Source: Gammaproteobacteria bacterium
GTDB lineage: Bacteria; Pseudomonadota; Gammaproteobacteria; Arenicellales; JAJDZL01
Assembly: GCA_022823625.1 (NCBI GenBank)
Contig: JAJEHQ010000011.1
Location: forward strand, 22,889 to 86,888
Direction of reading: 5' to 3'
DNA: 64,000 nt
Shown here: in pieces, positions 9,699 to 18,732 of the stretch
How positions within the stretch are numbered: the first letter of the stretch is position 1
Layout of the letters: the number at the start of each line of letters is the position of its first letter
The notes under the pieces: generated by a model
Seen by the model: the letters and a program-made list of their open reading frames with translations, nothing else
Databases searched by the model: none
What the model was told of the DNA's origin: nothing
Translations under genes and position numbers: made by a program

Positions 9699-11135
9699 TT
9701 GCCAACTGAAATTTCCACTGGATTTAATCCTCATCGTCGTCGTTTTCTGCAGGCTTCAGCCACCGCAGCTGCAGTAGCGATTCTACCGCTTGAAAGTAGT
9801 TCCAGCCAATCATTTCCCTCAAATTTGGTTGCATCACCAGCAGATGCCGCTTTGGTTTTGGACCATGGGCCGGTCACTAAAGTCTGGGCATTCAACGAGA
9901 CTGTGCCAGGACCGCTACTTCGCTATAGACAGGGCGATACGTTGAGTCTCATGGTTGAAAACAAACTGGATCAACCGACGACTGTTCACTGGCATGGTCT
10001 GAGGGTGCCAATCGGTATGGATGGAGTGCCACATCTCAGCCAGAAACCAATCGATCCGGGTGACTCATTCCACTACCAATTTAAATTGGAGGATGCAGGT
10101 ACTTTTTGGTATCACCCGCATTTTGCCAGCTCCCAACAGGTTGGTATGGGACTGCACGGTGTTTTGATTGTTGATGAGTACGAACCTGTTGCGGTTGATC
10201 GTGATGTTGTCTGGGTGTTGGATGATTGGCGGTTAGATCAGGATGCCCAGATTCTGCCATTTGAGTCAAACATGCGAGATACTAGTCATAACGGACGACT
10301 TGGCAATGTGGTGACTGTTAATGGCACCATCGACGAAAAATTTGAGGTGCATCCCGGTGAACGTCTGCGTCTTCGCTTGGTGAATGTTGCAAATGCCAGA
10401 ACGTTTGCACTCAATTTTAACGATCTGGAACCATGGGTTATTGCAGTGGACGGTCATCCGATCAATCCACGCCGTCTCGATCAAAGCCTTGCTCCGTTAG
10501 GTTCCGGGCAGAGAATGGATCTAATTGTGGATATTGCCGGTAATCCAGGTGAGGTGAGCTCTGTAATCGATCAGGCTTACGCTCCCAACTTTGCCTATGA
10601 ATTGATGCAACTGGTTCGAACCGATAATTCCACATCAATTCAAAATTCCGTACCGAAGCGTCTGGCAGACAATCCCGTATCACCTCCGGACCTTGTGCAC
10701 GCAAAACGAATATCATTCCTCTTCGAAGGTGGCGCGATGGGTGGGATGACAGGTGCCACAGTAGAGGGAGAGTTTAAGACAATTCAGGAGTTGGTCGGAC
10801 TTGGAAAGGTCTGGTCATTGAACGGTATCGTGCAAAATGACGTTCACCTTGACCCGCCAATGTTCACCCTTGAACTTGGTCAGTCCTACATATTCGAGCT
10901 GGAAAACCGTACCGCCTGGGAGCATCCTTTCCATTTACACGGACATAGTTTCCAGGTAATAAGCCGTAATGGAGAACCATTGGCTGAACAGTTCACGCGG
11001 GATACAGTTCTGCTACAGCCGGAGGAAAGTGCGGAAATTGCTTTTTTGGCGGATAACCCGGGCAAGTGGATGTTTCACTGCCATATTCTGGAGCATCAAG
11101 ATGCTGGAATGACATCTGTCATTGAAATCATATAG
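9699..11135 (+). CDS. Multicopper oxidase, Tat-exported
   Basis: Twin-arginine signal HRRRFLQASATAAAVA. Copper-binding motifs HWHG, WYHPH, HPFHLHGH, HCHILEHQDAGM. TTG start as given in the track. Confidence 0.85.
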   Translation: MPTEISTGFNPHRRRFLQASATAAAVAILPLESSSSQSFPSNLVASPADAALVLDHGPVTKVWAFNETVPGPLLRYRQGDTLSLMVENKLDQPTTVHWHGLRVPIGMDGVPHLSQKPIDPGDSFHYQFKLEDAGTFWYHPHFASSQQVGMGLHGVLIVDEYEPVAVDRDVVWVLDDWRLDQDAQILPFESNMRDTSHNGRLGNVVTVNGTIDEKFEVHPGERLRLRLVNVANARTFALNFNDLEPWVIAVDGHPINPRRLDQSLAPLGSGQRMDLIVDIAGNPGEVSSVIDQAYAPNFAYELMQLVRTDNSTSIQNSVPKRLADNPVSPPDLVHAKRISFLFEGGAMGGMTGATVEGEFKTIQELVGLGKVWSLNGIVQNDVHLDPPMFTLELGQSYIFELENRTAWEHPFHLHGHSFQVISRNGEPLAEQFTRDTVLLQPEESAEIAFLADNPGKWMFHCHILEHQDAGMTSVIEII

Positions 11136-11185
11136 ACAGCACCAGACAAGCAATCGCTTTTGGTAACCGGGGTCTGGACTCAACC

Positions 11186-11224
11186 AAAACAAAAAAAAGG
11201 CCTGCTATCAATCGATAGCAGGCC
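11186..11224 (-). terminator. Rho-independent terminator of the phasin-like gene (possibly bidirectional)
   Basis: Perfect 11-bp stem GGCCTGCTATC-AATC-GATAGCAGGCC at 11199-11224. On the minus strand it is followed by T8GT4 (complement of 11186-11198). Confidence 0.75.
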
Positions 11225-11268
11225 CATTTCAAATAAGGAGGAGTAGTATGAAATGAAATCTTTACTGC

Positions 11269-11610
11269 TTAAGCAGCTTTAGCTTTGACAACCTTGGCTT
11301 CGGCGACCGGTGAAACTGTGGGTGAAAGCACTTTCTTCCACAGTCCAAAGTAAGCGTCATAGGCTTCATTGCCAAGTTCAATAGCAGACTGGGTTGAACT
11401 CTGAATCTGATCGACAACCGATGCGTTCCAGATTTTCTGGCTTGCGACATAGTCATCAAAGTTTTTAATATTGGCCCATTCGACAGCCTGATCAGACACT
11501 TGCTGTGCGAATTTCTGACCAGATACAACGCTCTGGTTGACTGATTTGGACAAAAGTCCTGAGTTAATGCTGACTGCTTCGTTTACGAAATTGACAATTT
11601 TGTTTTGCAT
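11269..11610 (-). CDS. Small alpha-helical protein, phasin-like (PHA granule-associated family), tentative
   Basis: 113 aa, no Cys/Trp-rich or TM features, Ala/Lys-rich tail AEAKVVKAKAA. General resemblance to phasin-family proteins. Own terminator; long AT-rich upstream region. Confidence 0.4.
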   Translation of the reverse strand: MQNKIVNFVNEAVSINSGLLSKSVNQSVVSGQKFAQQVSDQAVEWANIKNFDDYVASQKIWNASVVDQIQSSTQSAIELGNEAYDAYFGLWKKVLSPTVSPVAEAKVVKAKAA

Positions 11611-11843
11611 GGCTTATTTTCTCCAAGAAAAGTTTCTATGTTGCAGTGCAATATAATTCCTTTTGAATGGAAAGTCAAGTCTTTTTTGAATAAAATTTCA
11701 ATTTATTTGTAATTTTGTCACATCAGAATCATATTTTGAGAATAAATACATAATAACAAAGATATATAAGTCTAACAAATTTTAACAATTTCCCAAAATG
11801 GCCGTTTTTATCTCATCAGATGAGGTGATTATTTGGGTTGAAG

Positions 11844-11867
11844 TGTATTGTGCTTATGCACAATACA
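11844..11867. promoter_or_regulatory. Perfect 10-bp inverted repeat (candidate operator) in the 466-bp intergenic region
   Basis: TGTATTGTGC-TTAT-GCACAATACA at 11844-11867. A second small palindrome TTGCA-G-TGCAA lies at 11641-11651, 31 nt upstream of the phasin-like start. Confidence 0.35.
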
Positions 11868-12076
11868 TGCAAAATTTCAAAAAAACTGGCAGGAAAATCG
11901 GTTTTAAGTCGAAGTGGTGTGAGTTATCCAATTGATTCAGTGAATTTTCAAGTTTTATAATTACTGAAATAATTAATAAACTATTGATAATGATAAAAAC
12001 AGGCCTTGATTAGAGTGCTGAAATCCCCGCACTCATTTTCAGGAAACCAGCCTGGATACCAGGGAGGCTATATCAA

Positions 12077-12862
12077 GTGAAATTAGGCTTCGCGTATCGG
12101 ATTGCGCTGATGCTCGCACTGACGCTTGTCGTAGGCACAGCAATGACAACTGTGTTGAGTCTGCACAAATTCGAACGTATCCTCGCAGACCTGCTGACAT
12201 CCAGGTTTGAGTTTGTAGCCAATAATTTGCGACACGATATAGAAACCCAGATGGACTTGGGTTTGGTGCTTGCAAATTTAGAAAACATCAATGAAGAGAT
12301 GGAAAATCTGCTGCTTGATGATGAGCAGATACTATCTATTGAGATTTTTGATGAATCAGGCACCGTTATTTTCAGTACTGACCCCAGTTTCATCGGCGAC
12401 CTGGTAGCAGAAGACTGGCTATTCTTGTGGCAGATTAACCGTAATAAGTCTTCCTGGTCGCTTCTGGAAAAAGACGCTGGTGTCGTTGGCGCAGGCCTGA
12501 AGAACAACCTGAACCAGGATGTTGGTTCAATCGCCCTACGCTATTCGCGAGTATTTCTTGATCAAAGCGTCAATCAGCAGCTTGAGCGTTTGCTGTTTCT
12601 GGTTGGCGTGGTTGCCGTTGTGATGGCAGTGCTCAGCGTATTGGGTTGCGCCTTGGTGCTGAGACGCTATTTCAAGGATTGGGCAAATATGAGTGAAGCG
12701 CTTACCGATATCAACTCGCAAAACCGCGACAGTCCTAATCTAGCTGAAGCTAACTCCCGTCACCCGGAATTTGAAGAGTTTTCCACTTCGGTCTTTGATG
12801 CCTTTGACTCAATTGATTCGGCAACCAGTGAAATTAGAAAACTCGACGAGGAAGCAGTATGA
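12077..12862 (+). CDS. Membrane-anchored extracytoplasmic sensor-like protein (two TM segments, no output domain)
   Basis: GTG start. TM1 IALMLALTLVVGTAMTTVLSL, ~150-aa loop, TM2 LFLVGVVAVVMAVLSVLGCALVL. The loop contains ILSIEIFDESGTVIFSTDP, a motif shared with the next two sensor proteins. ATGA overlap with the next gene. Confidence 0.6.
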   Translation: MKLGFAYRIALMLALTLVVGTAMTTVLSLHKFERILADLLTSRFEFVANNLRHDIETQMDLGLVLANLENINEEMENLLLDDEQILSIEIFDESGTVIFSTDPSFIGDLVAEDWLFLWQINRNKSSWSLLEKDAGVVGAGLKNNLNQDVGSIALRYSRVFLDQSVNQQLERLLFLVGVVAVVMAVLSVLGCALVLRRYFKDWANMSEALTDINSQNRDSPNLAEANSRHPEFEEFSTSVFDAFDSIDSATSEIRKLDEEAV

Positions 12863-15045
12863 CGACTAAGGCTAAAGCTTCCAGCGTCGGGAAACGCGCA
12901 AGTCAATCTATAGTCGATGTATTTCGTCGCGAGCAGCGTAATCTGCTGATACGTCTGGTTCTGCTTGCAGTTTTAGTACTGGTTCTCGGTCAGTCAGCTG
13001 TATCGTGGTTCGCATTAGATGGCTTCGAGCAGGAACTTGACCCACAGCTGCATCAGAAAGCGACTGTCGTTGGCAATGCATTGGCCGAGCAGTTCACGTA
13101 TGCAACGGAAGAACTCGAAATTCCAGTTCAGGGTTTAGTCGGTGTGGAAGAGTACTTCGAGAGTGTACTGATGGCCAACGATGACATCAAATACCTTTCG
13201 CTTTTCGATGATTCGGGCAATTTACTCTTCGTCAGTGGAATTTCACGCGGCGAAATGAACGAGATCATGCAGGCTATTGAGAATGATGAAGTACAAGCCC
13301 ATAGCTATGGCAGTGCAGTCGGTGCTCATTTCGATAGTGTATTTGAGGTTTCTGGTGGTAATGGAGCTAACAGTGAATTGCACGTTGGTGTCAGTAGCGA
13401 GCGGGTACGCAGCCACCTCAGAGAAATATTTCTGGAAGTCATCACCATTGTCGTGATCTGCTGGCTGGTTACCTTTGAATTTCTGTTGTTCTTCATCGTC
13501 GCCCGTGTTGAAAAACCGATGGAGACGATTTGGCGAATTATGTCAGAAGGTGCGCGTGGAAAATTTTCTTCCTGGCTGCCAGTCAGATCCAGTGATGAAA
13601 TTGGTCAGCTAATCACAAGCTTCAACCGCACGCTTTATGATTTACGTCATCGATACAGTGATTTTGTGTTTGACGTAAAGGAAACACAGGATGCGCAGAT
13701 CGATAGCACAATTTCCGAAAAGATTGAAGAGATCCATCATCAGGTTAGAAGGCGCTTCCAATTTGAGAAGGGTAGGATAATGCAGATTGAAGCGGCGGAT
13801 CGTATCCGAGTTCCGCTGTTTCTTTTCATATTTTCTGAAGAACTCACTCGTTCTTTCCTGCCGCTGTACATTCAGAAATACGCACCAACAGATTTGATGC
13901 TTTCGACCGAACTCATGATTGGGTTGCCAATCACGCTGTTTATGGTTGCGGCGATGATTGCAACCCCGCTAGGTGGCGGTTTTGTAGACCGTGTGGGAGT
14001 TAAGAAAGTATTTTTAACCGGAACAGTCCTGGCACTCATTGGGTTTGTCGGAAATTTCTATGCACAGGGCTATGTCGATCTGGTTTTGTTTCGAGTTTTG
14101 ACAGGCATTGGCTACGGGCTGGTATTCATTGCTTCTGAGAGCTGGGTTTCACAAAACGCCCGGCGTCACAGCAGAGCATCAGCGACAGGAGTGTTTGTTG
14201 CGGCGGTATTCGCAGGCATCATCTGCGGCCCACCAATTGGAGGAATTCTTGCTGACCGGTTTGGATTCGAAGCAACTTTCTTATTTTCCGCATCACTGGC
14301 AGTTATTTCAGGTTTGTTCATATTTCAAGTCTTTGGTCAGTCGGAAAAAGCTGAGGAAGATTCAAATCAAAAGCGAACTCGTCCTGCTCTGATCTTGGGA
14401 TTTAAGGGTTGGCTAACTCTGCTGACGGATCTGCGGTTTGTATCGGTGCTCATCTTTGCAGCAATCCCGGGAAAAATGATGGTAGCCGGATTTGTTGCAT
14501 ATCTAGTACCGCTCTATTTGAATGATCTTGGCCACAATGAACCTTCGATTGGCCGGATACTAATGCTTTATGGAATTGCAACCCTGCTCTGCCTTACGAT
14601 CGGTGCACGCTTTGCAGACCGGACGGAAAAATATGGCACTATGGTAAGCCTCGGTACAATTGTTGCCGGATTGGGTTGTCTTGCGGCACTGCTTTCCAAC
14701 GTTTATATAGATCCAACAACTGCGGTTGTTCTCGCCATCGCATCACTTGGCGTTGGGCATGCTCTCACGCTGACATCGCAAAATTCAATTATTCAACAAG
14801 TTGCGGAAAGATATCGATACACCCTTGGCAGGGCATCAGTAATCGGCGCATATCGTCTGTGTGAACGGTTTGGCATGGTGGCGGGACCGATGATCGCGGT
14901 CGCTCTGATATCAGGATTTGGTTATGTGGGTGCGATTGTCGGATTCGGAGTGATACTGATTGGATTGATCAGCCTCTTTGTCATCACAAATCTGACCAGA
15001 GCCAATACCCCAATGGAAACAGAAGTTGGACTGGCAAATGAGTAA
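12859..15045 (+). CDS. Fusion protein: extracytoplasmic sensor module + HAMP domain + MFS transporter
   Basis: N-terminal TM/loop/TM. HAMP-like PMETIWRIMSEGARGKFSSWLPVRSSDEIGQLITSFNRTLYDL. C-terminal ~400 aa of multi-TM MFS body with motif-A-like GGGFVDRVGVKK. Confidence 0.7.
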   Translation: MTTKAKASSVGKRASQSIVDVFRREQRNLLIRLVLLAVLVLVLGQSAVSWFALDGFEQELDPQLHQKATVVGNALAEQFTYATEELEIPVQGLVGVEEYFESVLMANDDIKYLSLFDDSGNLLFVSGISRGEMNEIMQAIENDEVQAHSYGSAVGAHFDSVFEVSGGNGANSELHVGVSSERVRSHLREIFLEVITIVVICWLVTFEFLLFFIVARVEKPMETIWRIMSEGARGKFSSWLPVRSSDEIGQLITSFNRTLYDLRHRYSDFVFDVKETQDAQIDSTISEKIEEIHHQVRRRFQFEKGRIMQIEAADRIRVPLFLFIFSEELTRSFLPLYIQKYAPTDLMLSTELMIGLPITLFMVAAMIATPLGGGFVDRVGVKKVFLTGTVLALIGFVGNFYAQGYVDLVLFRVLTGIGYGLVFIASESWVSQNARRHSRASATGVFVAAVFAGIICGPPIGGILADRFGFEATFLFSASLAVISGLFIFQVFGQSEKAEEDSNQKRTRPALILGFKGWLTLLTDLRFVSVLIFAAIPGKMMVAGFVAYLVPLYLNDLGHNEPSIGRILMLYGIATLLCLTIGARFADRTEKYGTMVSLGTIVAGLGCLAALLSNVYIDPTTAVVLAIASLGVGHALTLTSQNSIIQQVAERYRYTLGRASVIGAYRLCERFGMVAGPMIAVALISGFGYVGAIVGFGVILIGLISLFVITNLTRANTPMETEVGLANE

Positions 15046-16087
15046 TCACAACAAGACTCAAAAAATATTATTAACAGTATTTCTGGTGCTGGCATTTGGC
15101 ATTACATCGTTGTCAAGCGCAATGGAACCTGAAGATGTGCCTGGCTTTACGCGTCCATTTTATGTTTTCGCGGTGCTTTGGCGTGGTGAAACTGAAGTGG
15201 AAGCGGGCTTTCGTGAATACTTTAGTCAGCGCGGTATTCCAGTCAGAATGACAGTGCGAAGTCTCGAATTGGATCGAGGTAACGCACCACCCATCATTGA
15301 AGAAATTCGACGGACTAAACCAGATTTGGTTTACACGTGGGGGACTGGAACCACGTTAAGTATTCTAGGCCCGCTGAATCCTGAAGAACCTGAGAAATTT
15401 GTTCAGGACATTCCAGGAATGTTTGTACTGGTTGCATATCCAATCAGTGCAAAAATTGTACAGAGTTTCGAAAACACCGGACGCCCGGTTACCGGGGTAT
15501 CGTTTCTGGCGTCAATTGAGTCTCAGCTGAAGGCAATTGTCGATTATGGCAAATTCCAGAAAATCGCTGTAATTTACGATGAGACTTCCAGCAATTCCAG
15601 AATCAATGTTGAATCACTGAAAGAAAGTGCCCCTGAACTTGGGCTTGAATTGGTGGTACTGCCTGTTCCCCTTGGAGAAAACGGTAAACCTGATCCAGAA
15701 AAATTAACTGAATTGATTCAAACAGCAAAAAATGAAGGTGCACAACTACTGTATATGGGGCCGGATTCGTTTATTACGCGCCATGGTGATGCATTCACAT
15801 CAGAGGCCATCGCAGTTGGACTGCCGACATTTGCATCAACGCAGGCACCACTCAATGGGTCGCGGGCCATGTTTGGATTGGTATCGGATTACCACACGCT
15901 CGGCAAACTGGCTGCGACACAGGCGGAAAAAATACTCGTCGATAAACAAAATCCGCAAGATCTGCCTGTGGTCAGTCTGTCTCGGTTTAAGTTGTGGATC
16001 AACATAGACGTTGCCCGTGAAGTCATGATGTACCCGCCAATGGACATGATCGCGATCGCAGATTTCAAAACATCCCCACAGAACTAA
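15038..16087 (+). CDS. Periplasmic substrate-binding protein (COG2984-like ABC-type SBP fold) with signal peptide
   Basis: Signal peptide KILLTVFLVLAFGITSLSSAME; ~340 aa alpha/beta SBP-like sequence. No cognate ABC permease or ATPase is adjacent. The ATG at 15038 overlaps the upstream stop; the track start is 15026. Confidence 0.55.
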   Translation: MSNHNKTQKILLTVFLVLAFGITSLSSAMEPEDVPGFTRPFYVFAVLWRGETEVEAGFREYFSQRGIPVRMTVRSLELDRGNAPPIIEEIRRTKPDLVYTWGTGTTLSILGPLNPEEPEKFVQDIPGMFVLVAYPISAKIVQSFENTGRPVTGVSFLASIESQLKAIVDYGKFQKIAVIYDETSSNSRINVESLKESAPELGLELVVLPVPLGENGKPDPEKLTELIQTAKNEGAQLLYMGPDSFITRHGDAFTSEAIAVGLPTFASTQAPLNGSRAMFGLVSDYHTLGKLAATQAEKILVDKQNPQDLPVVSLSRFKLWINIDVAREVMMYPPMDMIAIADFKTSPQN

Positions 16088-16119
16088 CAACCGGGTGAAC
16101 TGAATGTTCAAAGTAAGTC

Positions 16120-18696
16120 ATGCAGATACGAACCCGGATTAGTCTACTCAGCGCAATTGTCACAATTGTTGTGGCCGCAGCGATCACTTTCGCAGCGCTG
16201 CAACGCGAAGTTTTGATCGACAAACGCTATTCGAATCAGATTATTGCGGACCAGCTGATTTTGTGGAACAAGATCAAGGACGGGCTGATCGATGAGATGG
16301 AAGATCTTGTTTGGTTGCTTCAGGAAAATCGTGAACTTCTGGATGCACTGGAATCAGAAAACCTGGTCGAAATCCAAAGAGTTGGCAACAAGATAAAAGA
16401 AGAGTTTGAGTCTGAACCGGCGCTTGATCGGGTCGATCTCATTATGCCAGACGGTTCGTTGGCGTATTCCTCCCAAACTGCTGTATTTCCAAGTTCTATT
16501 ATTTCGAATGCTGTAATTGAAGATGTGATCGAAAGTGAAATTCCAGTCAGGGGAGTGGGTAATGATAAGCAGCGAAACACAGCACTGGTTTACGGCACGC
16601 CAATTTATGGCGATGATGGCAGCGTTTTGGCTCTTGGTGTTCTTGGTCTTGATATCTCTAGCGCACTGCTGGAATTTGAGGAAGTCAATTTTGCTTCAGT
16701 TGTTATTGTTAATCGACGTGGTCGCATACTTGCAGCAACCGGAGAAAATTTGTGGGATCGCTACAGCGAATTGATCGATATTTCTGAAGCAAACAATCTT
16801 CAGACCATTGAAGATGAAGGCCGTTATTTTTCAGTTATTGTTTTACCTCAAACTGCTGAGTTAGGCGGGTTGGTCGGCCGGTTGCTCAACATCAGGGAAG
16901 TGACGGAACTGGTTACCCGTCAACAGCAAATCTCTCAAAGAACGCTTCTGGTAGCAGTCGTTTTTCTTGCGCTCGCCGTGTTTGGAGTCTATTTGTATAT
17001 GGCACACGCATTTGCTCCATTGGTCGAGGGAGTGAGTGTTCTCAGTGCACTAAGTAAAGGTGATTTGCGAGCTAGAATTGAACGTAACACAGGCAATGAC
17101 GAAGTTGGCATGATCGCCAACGCAGTGAATGTCTTTCACAACAATTTACTAACGATTCAACGCATCCGTCGTTCCCGCGAGCGACAGTATGGACGGCAGC
17201 AGCGATTTATTTTTCGAGAAATGCAAGGACTTGCTGACACACTCGACGGTGATGAACGCGACGCATTACTTACGGAATTACAGGAACTTGGCGATCTGGT
17301 TGAGCTGAAGGCGGGGCTTAGGTCGAGACAGACAGATGTAGCAAACACTGAAGATCCTGCACAAGGCGAGCAGGATTCCGACAGTCTTGCGATGCTGGCA
17401 CAGGCATTTCAAGGGATGTCGAACCGTGTTCAGAACCAGCATCAAAGATTGCGAGACGCATTGGCAACCAAAGAGGCTCTGATTGCGCTTCGGAACGAAC
17501 TGAATATTGCGACTCGCGTTCAACAGTCATTGCTGCCTCCAAATGTAGAGTTGTCCAGTGCTTACAAAATATGGGGTGGTATGTGGCCCGCAAAAGAAGT
17601 GGGCGGTGATTTTTATGACTTCTTCCCACTCGATGACCATCGTCTTGCAATTGCAATTGCGGATGTATCCGGCAAAGGTGTTCCAGCTGCACTGTTTACG
17701 GTGATGGCGCGTACGATGCTGCACGCCTCTGCTGCGTTTTTGAATTCGCCTGGCAAGGCGTTGTCAGTCATTAATAATTTTTTGGAAAGCAATAATGATG
17801 AAGGCTTGTTTGTAACGGTGTTTTACGGCATTCTGGATATTCAGACTGGTAAATTCAGATATGCAAATGGCGGTCACAATCCACCAATTATTCTGGACAG
17901 CAAAGGGGCGCGTTCTCTGGAAACAACCTCAGGAATGGTGCTTGCGATGTTTCGGAACATCTTATACAAGGATACCGAAATTGAATTGGAACCAGACGCT
18001 CGCCTTATCATGCTAACCGATGGAATTCCAGAGGCATTCAATGCAGAGGAGGAGGCATTTGGCGACGACCGTGTACTCAAGACAATAGAAGCTCTGCCCG
18101 AAAACAGCACACCAGCGGAAGATGTCGAATTTATCGTCAACACCGTCAATAAATTTGTTGGTGATGCGCCGCAATTTGACGATATTGCGTGTGTTGTTTT
18201 TCGGTTCAAGGAGTTTTTTGAGGCGGTTAGGAGGAAAAGCGAAGAGGGCGGTGATTCTTCAGACCAAGACGAATCTGCTAAATTGGAATTGATGATCGAC
18301 ACCGATCTTGCAGAACTGGGCAGAATCGCGGTTGAAATTGAAGAACATGGTAAGGCACACAATTGGCCGAACGAGTGGTTGTTCAATGTCAATTTGTCTT
18401 TAGATGAATTGGTCACCAACGTCATCAATTATGGATACGCGGAAGGTAAGACTACAAAAGAGATTCAACTTACTCTGAAAGTTGTCAATGGGAGTTTGTG
18501 GGTTGTATTGGTCGATGATGGTATTGAGTTCAACCCGTTCAGCGATGCACCGGCACCGGATACCGATGCGCCGTTAGAAGAACGTCAAATCGGAGGGCTT
18601 GGGATTTTCTTTGTGAAATCTTTAGTCAACGAGACGGACTATACAAGAAAAGATGGGAAAAATTACACAACCCTGATTTTGCACCCATCGACATAA
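16120..18696 (+). CDS. Sensor-HAMP-PP2C (SpoIIE/RsbU-type) phosphatase fused to an RsbW/SpoIIAB-type serine kinase (GHKL ATPase) domain
   Basis: N-terminal TM, ~260-aa extracytoplasmic region, second TM. HAMP (GDLRARIERNTGNDEVGMIANAVNVF). PP2C motifs GGDFYDF, ADVSGKGVPAAL, LTDGIPEA, DDIACVV. C-terminal kinase-like ELVTNVINYG, DDGIEFNP, GGLGIFFVKS. Confidence 0.75.
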   Translation: MQIRTRISLLSAIVTIVVAAAITFAALQREVLIDKRYSNQIIADQLILWNKIKDGLIDEMEDLVWLLQENRELLDALESENLVEIQRVGNKIKEEFESEPALDRVDLIMPDGSLAYSSQTAVFPSSIISNAVIEDVIESEIPVRGVGNDKQRNTALVYGTPIYGDDGSVLALGVLGLDISSALLEFEEVNFASVVIVNRRGRILAATGENLWDRYSELIDISEANNLQTIEDEGRYFSVIVLPQTAELGGLVGRLLNIREVTELVTRQQQISQRTLLVAVVFLALAVFGVYLYMAHAFAPLVEGVSVLSALSKGDLRARIERNTGNDEVGMIANAVNVFHNNLLTIQRIRRSRERQYGRQQRFIFREMQGLADTLDGDERDALLTELQELGDLVELKAGLRSRQTDVANTEDPAQGEQDSDSLAMLAQAFQGMSNRVQNQHQRLRDALATKEALIALRNELNIATRVQQSLLPPNVELSSAYKIWGGMWPAKEVGGDFYDFFPLDDHRLAIAIADVSGKGVPAALFTVMARTMLHASAAFLNSPGKALSVINNFLESNNDEGLFVTVFYGILDIQTGKFRYANGGHNPPIILDSKGARSLETTSGMVLAMFRNILYKDTEIELEPDARLIMLTDGIPEAFNAEEEAFGDDRVLKTIEALPENSTPAEDVEFIVNTVNKFVGDAPQFDDIACVVFRFKEFFEAVRRKSEEGGDSSDQDESAKLELMIDTDLAELGRIAVEIEEHGKAHNWPNEWLFNVNLSLDELVTNVINYGYAEGKTTKEIQLTLKVVNGSLWVVLVDDGIEFNPFSDAPAPDTDAPLEERQIGGLGIFFVKSLVNETDYTRKDGKNYTTLILHPST

Positions 18697-18732
18697 GACG
18701 CTTATCAACTGCCATCGTGCTACGGTTCTGAT

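Noticed and set aside
17874-18428. 184-aa minus-strand ORF, with several others between 16320 and 17724.
   Set aside because: These are antisense shadows within the 858-aa phosphatase/kinase gene. They are Ser-rich and of low complexity.
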